Assembly (NCBI GenBank): GCA_019594025.1
Contig: JAFDUB010000001.1
Coordinates: 1-49,190, forward strand
Length of the DNA: 49,190 bases
Reading direction: 5' to 3'
Source: Thermoplasmata archaeon
GTDB lineage: Archaea > Thermoplasmatota > Thermoplasmata > Halarchaeoplasmatales > Halarchaeoplasmataceae
In this document: positions 1 to 9,061 of the stretch, piece after piece
Layout of the letters: each line of letters starts with the position of its first letter
Numbering within the stretch: position 1 is the stretch's first letter
Notes under the pieces: generated by a model
The model's input: only the letters and a program-made list of their open reading frames with translations
Databases searched by the model: none
Told to the model about the DNA's origin: nothing
Position numbers and translations under genes: made by a program

Positions 1-91
1 ACCATGAAAAATAGAATGCTACACCCAAAGCTGCCAGTAAACCGTAAAGCATGCTTAGATGTTCTTTTTTAATAAACTCGTTCTCGGTCAT
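1..91 (-). CDS. Partial hypothetical membrane protein (5' part only, runs off window)
   Basis: Manual translation from ATG at 91: MTENEFIKKEHLSMLYGLLAALGVAFYFSW, open to the window edge, with a hydrophobic stretch. Not in the ORF track. Confidence 0.55.
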   Translation of the reverse strand, partial: MTENEFIKKEHLSMLYGLLAALGVAFYFSW

Positions 92-96
92 GAATC

Positions 97-134
97 AAAA
101 AAGAAAGAAAGGGGTTATTAAAAGGTTTTGCCGC
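97..134 (-). terminator. Putative archaeal U-rich terminator after aEF-2
   Basis: Minus strand reads ...CCCCTTTCTTTCTTTTTTG just after the fusA stop. Confidence 0.45.
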
Positions 135-135
135 T

Positions 136-2334
136 TCAGGACGAATAATGTGATTCGTTGAAGGGCTGTAGATTCAAACCTTTGCGTTCACGTATCTGCT
201 GTGTAATTTCTCCCTGCATATTTCTGGGAACACGTTCGAAGCCGAAGTGTTCTGTGGACCAGAGAGCCTTTCCGCCGGTAACGCTTCGTATATCTCCGGA
301 GAATCCGAACATCTCGGCCACCGGTGCCTTTGCTTCCAGCATGGTGTTTGCTCCCTTCTGTTTCATATCCAATATTTCTCCCCGCCGCTGCTGGATCTCC
401 ACCGTGGTGTTACCCATCAGATCCGCGGGGACGTCTATGAACACCTTTTGTTTAGGCTCAAGAAGAATCCTACCGGCCTGACACATTGCTCCGTAGATCG
501 AGTTCTTTACCGCAGGTATGGTCTGTGCCGGTCCTCTGTGGATAGCGTCTTCGTGCAGTTTGGCATTTACTAATTTAACCTTGACGCCTTTACACTGCTC
601 CCTAGCAAGAGGTCCCTCTTCCATTGCCTCGTGGTAGCTCTCCACCACCAGTTCCATGGTCTCATAAAGATACTGAATACCTTTGGTCATGTTGAGCAGA
701 ACGTTGTCTCCGTGGAAATCAACTATATTCTTTGACTCGTCCTTATCCATACCTAGTTCCTGCAGATCTTTTGCAAGTTGATTCTTGTTCTCTATCTTTC
801 CGCTCACCTTTATGTCGCCTTCTTCAATGGCCTTGACTATCTTTTCTTCCATGGGTTCCACTTCTATGTAGAATCGGTTATGTCGATTTGGAGAAACTCC
901 TTCGAAGGGTCCACCTATACCTTCTACGCTTTCTCTGTAAACCACTATAGGTTTAGAGGAAGTTATAGGCACACCCTGTTCTTCCCGTATCCTGTGTTCG
1001 GTGACCTCAAGATGTAGTTCGCCCATGCCTGACAATAGATGTTCACCGGTCTCTGCGTCGATTTTGACCTCTATACTTGGATCCGCCTTGGCAAGTGACC
1101 TGAGCACTTCGATCAATTTAGGTAGATCCGCGGTGTTTTTTGCCTCGACGGCCTTGGTAACAACAGGTTCCGAGTAATGTTTCATTTCCTCGAAGGGCAC
1201 CATGTTTTCGATCGAACTTACGGTTGAACCTGCGATAGCGTCCTTCAATCCACTGATCGCTACCACGTTTCCCGCCTTTATCTCATCCACTGTTATCCGG
1301 TCGGCTCCGACGCTCAAGGACACCTGCTGAACCCTATTCGGTTTAGGCTGTTTATCTATATGCAGCATCATACCGTTGGAAACCCTACCGCTGAATAACC
1401 TTCCCACAGATATCTCTCCCGCGTGGGGGTCCATGATAATCTTCGTCACCATCATACCGGTGGGACCGTTTTCGTCACACTCTATCATCGCTTTACCGAT
1501 ATCCGATTCCTCATCACCCCTCCATATGTTGGGGATCCTGTACTTTTGAGCGCATATCGGGTCAGGCATATGACGTATTACCTGATTCAGTAGCACTTCG
1601 TGGATGGGTGCCTTCTTGGCTAGTTCCCTATCCTTTCCCTCGTTTATGTACTTGTAGATATCTTTAAAGGATATACCTTTGGCTTTCATGTAGGGTACAG
1701 ATATGGCCCAGTTGTAGAGGGCGGTTCCAAATGCAACCGTACCGTCTTCGACGTTTAATCTCCATTCATCCCTGAACTCTTTAGGAGCCATCTGTTTTAC
1801 CAGCTCGTCAACTTCCTGAATAATGGTATAAAGACGCTGCTGCATCTCATCTCCATCGAGTTTGAGTTCGTTTATCAATCGATCGACTTTATTGATGAAT
1901 AAAATAGGCTTTACCTTCTCCTTCAGAGCTTGTCTTATTACCGTCTCTGTCTGAGGCATAACACCTTCGACACCGCAGACAACGATTATAACACCGTCCA
2001 CGGCCCTCATGGCCCTGGTCACGTCACCACCGAAGTCAACGTGGCCGGGTGTGTCCACCAAATTGATTAAGTATTCATCTCCTTCATAACCGTGCACCAT
2101 AGAAACGTTGGCGGCGTTTATGGTTATACCTCTTTCTTGTTCCTGCTCATCGAAATCGAGCATCAACTGCTTGCCTGCCAATTCTTCGGACATCATACCG
2201 GCTCCAGCAATCAGATTGTCACTGAGTGTGGTTTTACCGTGGTCGATGTGTGCAGCGGTCCCAATATTCCTAATGAACTTTGGCTTATCCATCAATTTTT
2301 GAGCTTTTTGAATATTCTTTTCCTTTCGTCCCAT
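136..2334 (-). CDS. fusA: Translation elongation factor aEF-2
   Basis: AHIDHGKTT, RGITI, DTPGHVDF and NKVD GTPase motifs; diphthamide loop HEDAIHRG; AGGTGAT SD upstream. Confidence 0.98.
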   Translation of the reverse strand: MGRKEKNIQKAQKLMDKPKFIRNIGTAAHIDHGKTTLSDNLIAGAGMMSEELAGKQLMLDFDEQEQERGITINAANVSMVHGYEGDEYLINLVDTPGHVDFGGDVTRAMRAVDGVIIVVCGVEGVMPQTETVIRQALKEKVKPILFINKVDRLINELKLDGDEMQQRLYTIIQEVDELVKQMAPKEFRDEWRLNVEDGTVAFGTALYNWAISVPYMKAKGISFKDIYKYINEGKDRELAKKAPIHEVLLNQVIRHMPDPICAQKYRIPNIWRGDEESDIGKAMIECDENGPTGMMVTKIIMDPHAGEISVGRLFSGRVSNGMMLHIDKQPKPNRVQQVSLSVGADRITVDEIKAGNVVAISGLKDAIAGSTVSSIENMVPFEEMKHYSEPVVTKAVEAKNTADLPKLIEVLRSLAKADPSIEVKIDAETGEHLLSGMGELHLEVTEHRIREEQGVPITSSKPIVVYRESVEGIGGPFEGVSPNRHNRFYIEVEPMEEKIVKAIEEGDIKVSGKIENKNQLAKDLQELGMDKDESKNIVDFHGDNVLLNMTKGIQYLYETMELVVESYHEAMEEGPLAREQCKGVKVKLVNAKLHEDAIHRGPAQTIPAVKNSIYGAMCQAGRILLEPKQKVFIDVPADLMGNTTVEIQQRRGEILDMKQKGANTMLEAKAPVAEMFGFSGDIRSVTGGKALWSTEHFGFERVPRNMQGEITQQIRERKGLNLQPFNESHYSS

Positions 2335-2350
2335 AAAAAAATCACCTTGA

Positions 2351-2962
2351 TCATCTTGCGGACTGTGCCATCCTTTCCATTTCGTCCTTTCTGGAAACGC
2401 CGAACGAATTTCGGTCGTTGTTGGATGCCTTTATCAACTCGTCCGCCAAACAGGCGGCGATGCTCTTATCGTTCTTGTAAGAAGCCTTTACCGCTCCTTT
2501 TGCATTGTTACCTAGTGCGATGGAGAGTCTGCGCCAGGGGGAAACGTCTACGGCCTTCGGAACTGATATACCTCCGTAAGTGATCTGAGTGGTCTCTTCC
2601 TTTGGTGCTGAATTCTCTATAGCCCTTACCAGTATCTGCACCGGATTTTGTTTTGTTCTCTCGTGAATTATATCAAAACCTTCTTTGACCGCGTTGTAGG
2701 CCTTTGTCTTTTTACCGGTGTACTTCTCTCCCCTCATCATGGAGCTAATCAGTCTTTCGATTATACTTACTTCCTCTTTACCAAACCTTTTGTTGGCGTA
2801 AGAACCCCCGCTGTGGGGAACGAGTATAGGTTGTAGATTTATGTATCTCTTGAGTCCAGGGTCTTTAACGACGACTTCACTCATATCGTATTTGTCGAAA
2901 AGAAGGGGCATCTCCAGGGTATCGAAAACGCTCTCTTCCTTAACATCCTCTTTTTTATTCAT
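2351..2962 (-). CDS. rps7: 30S ribosomal protein S7 (uS7)
   Basis: IIERL, NPVQILVRAIENSAPKEE, AVDVSPWRR, ERMAQSAR. ATG 2962 preferred over GTG 2971 because the AGGTG SD lies at 2971-2975. Confidence 0.96.
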   Translation of the reverse strand: MNKKEDVKEESVFDTLEMPLLFDKYDMSEVVVKDPGLKRYINLQPILVPHSGGSYANKRFGKEEVSIIERLISSMMRGEKYTGKKTKAYNAVKEGFDIIHERTKQNPVQILVRAIENSAPKEETTQITYGGISVPKAVDVSPWRRLSIALGNNAKGAVKASYKNDKSIAACLADELIKASNNDRNSFGVSRKDEMERMAQSAR

Positions 2963-2978
2963 AAAAAACACACCTTTA

Positions 2979-3407
2979 TCATCTTAACGGTTTTTCTCTC
3001 CTACCTGCGATAAGTTCTTTCAGGGCCACTCTGTTTACTTTAACAACTTTGAAGCGCACTCCGGGTATATCTCCATATGCCTTTCCTCTCATCCCTCCTA
3101 TACCTTCGATTAAAACTTCGTCGTGTTCGTCTATATAGTTGATAGCACCTTCACCGGGAGCAAATGCGGTAACCTGTCTACCGTTTTTTATGAGCTGGAT
3201 CTTAACACACTTTCTGATGGCCGAGTTTGGCTGTTTTGCTTCTATACCTACTTTTTCCAGCACAATACCTCTTCCCTGGGGTGCACCTTCCAAAGGATCG
3301 GTTTTTTTCTTGAGATCCTTTTCTCTCTTTTTGTAACTAAGGTCACTCCATCTGAACTTTTGTCTGCTTTTTTTTAGTTTACGTGCACAATTTAGACCTT
3401 TAGCCAA
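2979..3407 (-). CDS. rps12: 30S ribosomal protein S12 (uS12)
   Basis: [25 protein letters not shown] start with GGAG upstream. Confidence 0.97.
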   Translation of the reverse strand: MAKGLNCARKLKKSRQKFRWSDLSYKKREKDLKKKTDPLEGAPQGRGIVLEKVGIEAKQPNSAIRKCVKIQLIKNGRQVTAFAPGEGAINYIDEHDEVLIEGIGGMRGKAYGDIPGVRFKVVKVNRVALKELIAGRREKPLR

Positions 3408-3483
3408 TGTTTCAACTCCGTTAAACTTTATGGGTTATTGGATTGGGGTCGCTAATAAAGCTTTTGGTATTTAAAATCCTCGC

Positions 3484-4038
3484 TCAAACGAGAATCGGAT
3501 GCCTTTCCTTCATATCTTCTTCCGTTTCCCCGGTCTCGTCCATTATAAGTGCTATCAAGGCGTCTAAAAACACCATGGCGGAATTCTCGAAGACGGTACC
3601 CAACGGTGCCAGGGAAGCGTCCTTTTCAGAGCGGACCACGTCTAGGACCATAAGAACATCAGCAAAATCAGCCAGTGTGGAATCAGGGCTCGAGGTAAGT
3701 ACTATCACCTTTGCCTTCACCCTCTCTGTAACTACTTTCGCCGCCTGTATGGCAGTTTGTGTTTCCCCGGTTTTGGACACAAAAAGTACGCAGTCGCCGT
3801 CCTTAACCGCCGGGGTTATGGTCTCGCCGATAAAAAAGGCCCGTTGTCCTAACTGCATCAATCTCATGGCAAAAGTTCTACCCACGAGACCGGAACGCCC
3901 TGCACCGTATACGAAAACCTGCGGAGCATCTATTATAGTCATGGCGGTTTTACGGACGTCACTTTTATTAGAATTCTTTAAAACTTCGTTCATGGACGTG
4001 CAGATATATTCAATGGACTCAGAGAATTTGATGGTCAT
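3484..4038 (-). CDS. hxlB: 6-phospho-3-hexuloisomerase (SIS domain)
   Basis: GAGRSGL, FAMRLMQLG, GETITP, LAPLGTVFE, C-terminal RH; near hps. Confidence 0.9.
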   Translation of the reverse strand: MTIKFSESIEYICTSMNEVLKNSNKSDVRKTAMTIIDAPQVFVYGAGRSGLVGRTFAMRLMQLGQRAFFIGETITPAVKDGDCVLFVSKTGETQTAIQAAKVVTERVKAKVIVLTSSPDSTLADFADVLMVLDVVRSEKDASLAPLGTVFENSAMVFLDALIALIMDETGETEEDMKERHPILV

Positions 4039-5063
4039 TTCTTTTTCCTCCTTAAGTCCTTGGCCACTTCCCGAGCGTATATACGCTCGAGTATTACCTT
4101 CATGTACATCGCGTCGTGTTCTTTCAGCGGGGAGTTTGATATTATCGTCACTTCCGGATATTCTTCGATAAGGTAGTCCACCAAAGATTCGAAATTCAGC
4201 TCTCCTCTTTTTATCGGCGTGAGTCGGTAATTTCCTCTTCTCATCTCCATCCCTGAGAAGTTTACATAGTAATTAGATGGAACGAATTTTTTACATTTGT
4301 CGAATACGGCTGCAAAATCATCTTCTGTTTCTAGTTCGTATTCGCCCCTTGCCTTTAGATGTGGAAAGTTGATCACCGGAATAGTTGCAGATACCTTTTT
4401 ACATACTTCTAAAATCTCGTCTAAGCTACCGTAGGCGTCATCTCCAGCCTGGTTCTCCAGGCCTATCAGAGGAGTGTTTTCGTAGTGTTTACTCATCCAA
4501 TCTCTCAGCTCTCGCAAGTTTTGAATAACATCTTCCCGCACATCTTCAGGCTCACTTCCATCATCGAGTAAACCTAGATGGGTTACCACGATTTTTCCAT
4601 TCATTTCCCCCGCCTGTACGGCGGTGTATTTGAATGCCAGTTTGGATTTTTTAACTAAATCGTCATCCTGGGAAGTGAATTTGATGTAGTACGGAGTGTG
4701 AATGGTTAGAACTATGTCCAGCTCTCTGGCCACCCGCCCTATTAAAGGAAGTCTGTAAAATTCCTCTGCCACACCCCCTGATAGGTAATGGGCTACGTCA
4801 CCAACCTTTAGCTCCTTATCCAAATCTTCTACGAATATATCTTTCTCGTCTGACGGTCGGTTAACACCGATGATGAACTTATCTTCTACCTCCCTGCTTT
4901 TAAGACCCGCTTCTTCGTCTGTAACCGGTCTCTGGCTAACGTTCGTTCGAAGGAACTGTACCTCCATAGCTGTGAGACCGAGTTTATGAACGTCCATAAT
5001 ACCATCTAGCAGGGTTCTCCCCTTGCAGGATAGAGGTATTCCACTGGGTCCGAAGCGTATCAT
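4035..5063 (-). CDS. Endonuclease IV-like TIM-barrel protein, metal site partly degenerate
   Basis: IRFGPSGIP, MEVQF, IHTPYYI, GSLDEI, NFSG, SP..EHDA match the archaeal EndoIV-like family. Confidence 0.75.
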   Translation of the reverse strand: MIRFGPSGIPLSCKGRTLLDGIMDVHKLGLTAMEVQFLRTNVSQRPVTDEEAGLKSREVEDKFIIGVNRPSDEKDIFVEDLDKELKVGDVAHYLSGGVAEEFYRLPLIGRVARELDIVLTIHTPYYIKFTSQDDDLVKKSKLAFKYTAVQAGEMNGKIVVTHLGLLDDGSEPEDVREDVIQNLRELRDWMSKHYENTPLIGLENQAGDDAYGSLDEILEVCKKVSATIPVINFPHLKARGEYELETEDDFAAVFDKCKKFVPSNYYVNFSGMEMRRGNYRLTPIKRGELNFESLVDYLIEEYPEVTIISNSPLKEHDAMYMKVILERIYAREVAKDLRRKKK

Positions 5064-5205
5064 GTCATACTTTCCCCCTGTAAAAACATCGTCTCATTTT
5101 TTCCCTCATATTTCAGGCGGCTATTTAAATTTACCCCTGAATCTATTATAACTTTATGTTTCTCATTGCCGACACCTTTTTAATCCTCTATTTATACTTA
5201 AGTGC

Positions 5206-6495
5206 ATGAGAGTGAAGTTGCAGGTCGCGCTGGACTTGATGAACCTGAAGAGAGCTATTAGAATCGCCCGTATGGCGGTGGAAGGTGGTGTAGATTTTAT
5301 AGAGGTTGGAACTCCTTTGATAAAATCTGAAGGCATCGAATCGGTGCGAAAGTTAAAAGGGGAGTTTCCCGACAAAAAAGTGGTGGCGGACATGAAGACC
5401 ATGGACGTCGGAGGAGTGGAGGTAGAGATTGCAGCTAAAGCAGGTGCAGATATCGTCGTGGTACTCGCCGCCGCAGACGATGAAACCCTGAAGGAAGCGG
5501 TTAGAGCCGCTCGTAACTACGATGCTCAGATCATGGCGGATATGCTGGGGGTATCCGACCCTGCGGAACGTACAACGGAGGTTTGTAAATTAGGTGTTGA
5601 TTATGTAGGAGTACACGTAGGTATCGATTCTCAGATGAGGGGAGAAAATTCATTGGATGTGCTCTCTCGGGTCGTGGATAAAAGCACCGTACCGGTTGCG
5701 GTGGCTGGAGGTATTACACCGGAGACCGCCGCCTCCATAGCCCAAAGGGGTGCGGCCATCGTGATAGTCGGTGGTGCCATAATAAAAGCAAGCGACGTAC
5801 GAAAGGCAGCCGAGGCGGTACGAAAGGCTTTGGACGAGGGTGTTTCACTTGAATCGGAAGTATCGAAAAAGTTCGGACTAAAAGAGATCAAAGAGGCCCT
5901 TTCCAAAGTATCTACTCCAAATATATCTGATGCAATGCACAGGAGCCCGTGTATGAAAGGTATTCAACAGCTTACTGGCTATGGAAAAAAGGCAATCGGA
6001 AAAGCATTCACCGTAAAAACCGTCGACGGCGATTGGGCTAAACCGGTGGAGGCGATAGAGAGTGCGAATGAAGGTGACGTTATAGTAATCGATTCAGGGG
6101 GTGGTGAAACCGCAGTTTGGGGTGAGCTGGCCTCCTGGTCATGTAAAAATAAAGGCATTTCTGGAATAGTGATAGATGGTGCGGTTAGAGACATTGACGA
6201 CATAGATGAGTTAGATATTCCAGTATTCGCCAGGCATATAGCCTCAAACGCCGGCGAACCCAAGGGTTTTGGAGGTCTAGAGGTCGATATTGTCTGCGGT
6301 GACGTTCGTGTTCGAACGGGAGATTGGATTGTTGGGGATGCCAGCGGTGTGATGGTGATACCAAAGGAAGAAGCGGTGACCATAGCTAACCGAGCTTTGG
6401 ATGTTATGGAGAAGGAGAATCGAATACGGGAGGAGATAAAAGAGGGTAGGACACTATCTGTGGTTATGGAACTGGAGAAATGGGAGAAGGTTTAG
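5206..6495 (+). CDS. hxlA: 3-hexulose-6-phosphate synthase fused to an RraA/HMG-aldolase-like domain
   Basis: LQVALD, EVGTPLIKSEG, ADMKTMD, HVGIDSQ, VAGGI (HPS); then STPNISDAM, AVWGELA, IDGAVRD, GDASGV (RraA-like). Confidence 0.9.
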   Translation: MRVKLQVALDLMNLKRAIRIARMAVEGGVDFIEVGTPLIKSEGIESVRKLKGEFPDKKVVADMKTMDVGGVEVEIAAKAGADIVVVLAAADDETLKEAVRAARNYDAQIMADMLGVSDPAERTTEVCKLGVDYVGVHVGIDSQMRGENSLDVLSRVVDKSTVPVAVAGGITPETAASIAQRGAAIVIVGGAIIKASDVRKAAEAVRKALDEGVSLESEVSKKFGLKEIKEALSKVSTPNISDAMHRSPCMKGIQQLTGYGKKAIGKAFTVKTVDGDWAKPVEAIESANEGDVIVIDSGGGETAVWGELASWSCKNKGISGIVIDGAVRDIDDIDELDIPVFARHIASNAGEPKGFGGLEVDIVCGDVRVRTGDWIVGDASGVMVIPKEEAVTIANRALDVMEKENRIREEIKEGRTLSVVMELEKWEKV

Positions 6496-6498
6496 TAA

Positions 6499-7326
6499 TC
6501 AAAGAGACGAAGGTTCTACCAACTCCGCTCCCGCACCACAACACCATCTTTCAAGACGTTTGGAAAAGGAACTCGGAAGTCCGCCCGGGTCAATGCATAC
6601 CAAATTCGTCTTCGACTGTTCCAAAGCCATCATCAATCCCTCTTTAGTAAGGTCTTGTAACGCCCATCCTGGGATCAGATGTCCCACAAGCACATCCTTT
6701 TCCTTAACTAAATCGGTAAAATGAGGTGCGTAGTGCCCTCCTCCTACACAGACAACAACAGGCTCGCTTGATTTGCACAGTTCGCCCTGCCTTTCAACGG
6801 CGGAAGCAACCACCTTACCGGCACTTTCATCCAACCACGACTCTTCATCGCTGCCGATCTCTATGTAGTACGTTGGCGTAGTTAGATATGGTCCGTGATG
6901 TGTTACTTCAAAGGACACCTCGTAGTTTTTATTCAGCCCCATTTTTTTCGCCTCTTCATGCAGATATATCAGAGCCGTGGTCATCTCGGCGGGTGCCGGA
7001 GGAACCAACATATGGTCCTTTCCTCCGAATTTAGCCTTACCGAAGTTACCCACGGGGTGAACTGTTAGAGAGTGGATCCCGGCCTTCGAAGCGTGCTTTG
7101 ATATGTACACCACAAGATCGACCTCTACATCCAGCATCTGGGATATTTCTTTATCCACACCGTCCACGTATATGTGGTGTTTGTTGACCGTGGCAAGAAT
7201 ATCTTCACCTCTCCCATAGATTGGATTCCCCTTCCATTCGCCCACACCTTCCCACTTAGAGCTCAACAAATTCTCCTGGATGTTCTGGCTCGCCGGGTCA
7301 CTTTTAGACGAAACGATCAATCGCAT
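6499..7326 (-). CDS. dtdA: D-aminoacyl-tRNA deacylase (DTD2 type)
   Basis: DPASQNI, SKHAS, LTVHPVGN, FEVTHHGP, IEIGS, GGGHYAP. Confidence 0.93.
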   Translation of the reverse strand: MRLIVSSKSDPASQNIQENLLSSKWEGVGEWKGNPIYGRGEDILATVNKHHIYVDGVDKEISQMLDVEVDLVVYISKHASKAGIHSLTVHPVGNFGKAKFGGKDHMLVPPAPAEMTTALIYLHEEAKKMGLNKNYEVSFEVTHHGPYLTTPTYYIEIGSDEESWLDESAGKVVASAVERQGELCKSSEPVVVCVGGGHYAPHFTDLVKEKDVLVGHLIPGWALQDLTKEGLMMALEQSKTNLVCIDPGGLPSSFSKRLERWCCGAGAELVEPSSL

Positions 7327-7390
7327 GACAACTAATATCCAAGCCGATTATAACAATTTTTTGACTACATTCGATATCGTTAAATAAGAC

Positions 7391-7783
7391 ATGATAATAT
7401 TTAACTCCTTAATGGACGAAGATACGCTTACCCAGGTTTACGAATCCTCTCCCAAGTCGATTGCGGATCTGGAAAAGATGGCAATACCTGCAGTACTGAT
7501 CACCTTGGGAGGTTACGTTGCTATGGGTCTGGGATTTACACATTTCTTTGTTTCTGTACTAACCAGGACGGAATTGATATTCGTTTTCCAATTCATCGTA
7601 AACCTTTTTTTCGGATTTGCCCTTTTAGTTTCCAATATGAAGCTGGAAGAGGACATGCGTAGATGGACAATCTTTGCAGCCGTTTTCGGGCTAATACTGA
7701 TGGTCCTTGGAGGTGCGGTTGGTGCCATTTCCGGTTTTATAGCCCTCACCGGCGCCGTACTTGGATTTATAGACGTCGATTGA
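7391..7783 (+). CDS. Small hypothetical membrane protein (~4 TM); start may be ATG 7412
   Basis: Four hydrophobic segments; TATA-like TTAAATA at ~7380 fits a leaderless start at 7412. Confidence 0.7.
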   Translation: MIIFNSLMDEDTLTQVYESSPKSIADLEKMAIPAVLITLGGYVAMGLGFTHFFVSVLTRTELIFVFQFIVNLFFGFALLVSNMKLEEDMRRWTIFAAVFGLILMVLGGAVGAISGFIALTGAVLGFIDVD

Positions 7784-7844
7784 CGGTTAAAATCATCGAT
7801 AAAATAATATGTACCCTACAGTCCTTTCATAAGCAGGTGAGAAA

Positions 7845-8360
7845 ATGAAAAGAAAGATAGAGATCATATCCGATCTCATGGCCGTTTCGGCAAGCACCGT
7901 ACCCAAGGCGGGTGGCGAGTCTTTTATAGACATATCCTTGTTGGACGATGGGGAACGAGAGATACTGGCCGAAGAGATGTTTCAGCTATCGGATGAACTT
8001 AACGATGAAGAGTACTCTAAATACGGCAGGATCATAGAAGAAGAAGCTCTGGCTGTTTTGTTGATAGGACTGAAAGATCACCCACCCCTGGGCATAGACT
8101 GTCGTGGGTGTGGTTTCAAAGATTGCAATGAGTTCCAAAGTACCACCGCCGAGGGCATATTCAAAGGACCGAATTGCGTTTATCGTGTACTGGACATGGG
8201 CATGTCCCTGGGCAGTGCCTTAAAAACCGCCGGCACTCATAACGTCAGGGCGTCCGTAATGATAAAAGGAGGCCTAGCCGCAAAGAACGTTGGATTATCA
8301 ACTGCTAATGTTTGTATTGCGGTCCCAATCATCCTCGACGAGAATCTGCCTTACTGCTGA
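7845..8360 (+). CDS. DUF2148-like protein with a ferredoxin-type Cys motif
   Basis: ASTVPKAGG, DCRGCGFKDC, GPNC...DMGMSLGSA; AGGTGA SD. Confidence 0.7.
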   Translation: MKRKIEIISDLMAVSASTVPKAGGESFIDISLLDDGEREILAEEMFQLSDELNDEEYSKYGRIIEEEALAVLLIGLKDHPPLGIDCRGCGFKDCNEFQSTTAEGIFKGPNCVYRVLDMGMSLGSALKTAGTHNVRASVMIKGGLAAKNVGLSTANVCIAVPIILDENLPYC

Positions 8361-9054
8361 CTCCTCCCAGCAAAGTTCCGTCCAGCAGGTATACGTTTTC
8401 TTCTCTAACAGTAATATCTCTGAAAAAGGGCCCTAGATAACCATCCTCATTGATACTAATCCCTCCCAGCAACGGGTTAAAATTGGGCATAACAACTGCT
8501 TCTCTCTCTATTTCATCCAACGTATACTTGATTCTAACCCAGCACGCAAGTTTGTTTCGCTGTCCCAAGTTATCCACCAAGGTCACTGAAGGATGGCTGT
8601 GTGCCACAACTAGAATATCCGAATCAAGCACTTCATCTCTGGGCCTGGCGTGGCCGTGGAAGTAACCTACACCATCCCTGCGGTATCCTCTGGAATCGTG
8701 CACTTCAACATCCATGGGAAGATAGTTCTCTATACCGCCGTCATGGTTTCCCACGACCAGATGTATTTCGTCAACTGCCTTCAACCATTCATCTATCGCC
8801 CGTGGTATCTCATCGTACTCCTGCCAGGAAGCCTTTGGAATGTTGTGCTTCAAATCTCCGTTGATGATCAAGCAATCTACCTTATGCTGAACCAGCATTT
8901 CTTTGATTTTGCTAACCATCTGAGGGGTTCTAGTGGTGATGTAGATTCCCTTTTTCTCCAACTCCCTCTCATATCCTATGTGAAGGTCACAAACCACAAG
9001 GGTTGACCCTTTGAGCAGTGCCCGTTGGTTCCACAGAGGTTGAGGAAATTCCAT
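8329..9054 (-). CDS. Metallophosphoesterase (calcineurin-like, ICC-like)
   Basis: DLHIG, NGDLKH, GNHD, FHGH, HSHP, MPNFNP; ATG 9054 avoids overlap with glnA. Confidence 0.85.
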   Translation of the reverse strand: MEFPQPLWNQRALLKGSTLVVCDLHIGYERELEKKGIYITTRTPQMVSKIKEMLVQHKVDCLIINGDLKHNIPKASWQEYDEIPRAIDEWLKAVDEIHLVVGNHDGGIENYLPMDVEVHDSRGYRRDGVGYFHGHARPRDEVLDSDILVVAHSHPSVTLVDNLGQRNKLACWVRIKYTLDEIEREAVVMPNFNPLLGGISINEDGYLGPFFRDITVREENVYLLDGTLLGGVSSKADSRRG

Positions 9055-9061
9055 GCTTATA

